Below are positions 62,821 through 64,000 of a DNA stretch of 64,000 nt, one piece after another (positions within the stretch are counted from its first letter, which is position 1; every line of letters starts with the position of its first letter). The notes under the pieces were generated by a model that worked only from the letters and a program-made list of their open reading frames with translations, was not told the DNA's origin and searched no databases. This DNA comes from Patellaria atrata CBS 101060 (taxonomy: Eukaryota). The DNA lies in the NCBI GenBank assembly GCA_010093705.1, contig MU006097.1, forward strand, positions 445,905 through 509,904, given 5' to 3'. The position numbers and the translations under genes are program-made.

Positions 62821-63640
62821 AGATGAGAAAGTGGAGGTAATGCCTTGATTCTATTTTGTATGAGGTTAAACCCGTCGTAACTACACGATATCTATTAAGG
62901 TATCGTTGTAGATCAGCTTCTAGACAATTCAGCTGTTTTTAGTCCGTATCTTATTTTACATACCCTTCCAGCTTCTCTAGTTTATACTAGACGAGCTAAG
63001 ATAACCGCTAAAGAAATATTAGATAACTATATAACTATATATATGTATCTAATAACTCCGTGGGCTACTTAGTCCATATAGTACAATGATCGTCTCGGCA
63101 CTTGACTCTGAGCTGTACTGGAGATATCGGTTGGTGTTCAGAATGATGTAAACGGTGGTTTGTGGAGAGATTCGTGTAGCACGCCGTATAGACGCCGTTC
63201 CAGAGGCTCGTTGTGGCCATTGAAGAGGCCGAACCGATGGCAGTTGACGTGGCTGAACAGATAGCCGAAGACGTGGCCCGAAGACGAGGCGGATCAGATG
63301 GCCATAGATCAGTTCGTACAGATAGCTGTTAACGAGGGTAGTTTACGTCGTATACGACGAGCTAATTCTCGTGGGTTAAATGGTGCCAAATAGACAGAAG
63401 CAAAAGTACCCAGTTCTTTTACATCGTTAGATACGAGGCGTCAAACCCGATTCTTTTACACTTGCCAGCAACGGAAGACAGTAATAAGGTGACAGCAGTG
63501 TTCACGTACGTACTTAGAATATAAGGCAAGCCGGGCTGATAATTATAAGATGAAAAAATTGAGATAATGCCTTGATTCTATTCTGTATATGGTTAACCCG
63601 GTGTTAAATACACGAATTCTGCCAAGGTATCGTTGCAGAT
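62821..63640. repeat. Diverged 93-bp direct repeat (62821-62913 and 63548-63640)
   Basis: Ungapped hand alignment gives ~75/93 identical bases, with shared blocks TAATGCCTTGATTCTATT, TACACGA and AAGGTATCGTTG. Confidence 0.85.
63214..63335. repeat. Degenerate 12/24-bp minisatellite
   Basis: Recurring GACGTGGC / CAGATAGC / GATGGC units; reads VAIEEAEPMAVDVAEQIAEDVA on the + strand. Confidence 0.55.
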
Positions 63641-64000
63641 ACGGTAAGTTTCCTAGCCTGATATGGTATCTCCATGTCCCTCAAACGAAACGTCGCCAAA
63701 TTCCGCCGAAAGGGGTGCACAGATTGAAAGCGCTCCTTCAGATGCAGTTTTCCCTTTTCCTATCATTGAGGACAAGCCTAAAGTAAACAAGCCTAAAGTA
63801 GACAAACGCAAGAGGTATGCATAGTAGCCTTCGTGCTTCTGGACAATCTAACCGTCTATCTAGAATATCCGACACTGATGACGTTGAATTAGATAGGCCT
63901 AAATTGTCGTAGAGACAACTGAATAGATATGAGGGCCCTGAAAAGGATTGCACCCGGAAAAGTGCCCGTGGTTTCTTCCGCTATGATCACTTGAAGCTCC

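Overview
This is eukaryotic DNA from a filamentous ascomycete (Pezizomycotina), judged from short GT-AG introns with CTAAC/CTGAC branch points and the gene content. The supplied ORF track therefore shows exon fragments, and I reconstructed the gene models by hand. About 22 protein-coding genes are supported, in order: UPF0052/CofD-like protein (partial), complex I 14-kDa subunit, Shg1-domain RD/RS-rich protein, an intronless TPR/U-box-like hypothetical, an intronless 1314-aa PARP6/8-type mono-ADP-ribosyltransferase, cdc48, a USP deubiquitinase, trs31, an ADF-H/PH-like protein, OHCU decarboxylase, a hypothetical, oac1, swd2, ketopantoate reductase, a secreted carboxylesterase, a Pth11-like receptor, rad5, a Tea4/Bud14-like SH3 protein, a microbial-type (TIGR02452-like) PARG, NAD kinase, acetoacetyl-CoA synthetase and glyoxalase II. 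There are also two apparent gene relics and several small repeats. I saw no rRNA, tRNA, CRISPR or intact transposon. The best candidate for an undescribed system is the tandem intronless pair at 5.5-11.7 kb (TPR + U-box-like protein, then a large mono-ART), which may be an ADP-ribosylation/ubiquitin module. A PARG-NAD kinase pair lies 43 kb away. All family assignments come from motif recognition by eye; no database search was run.
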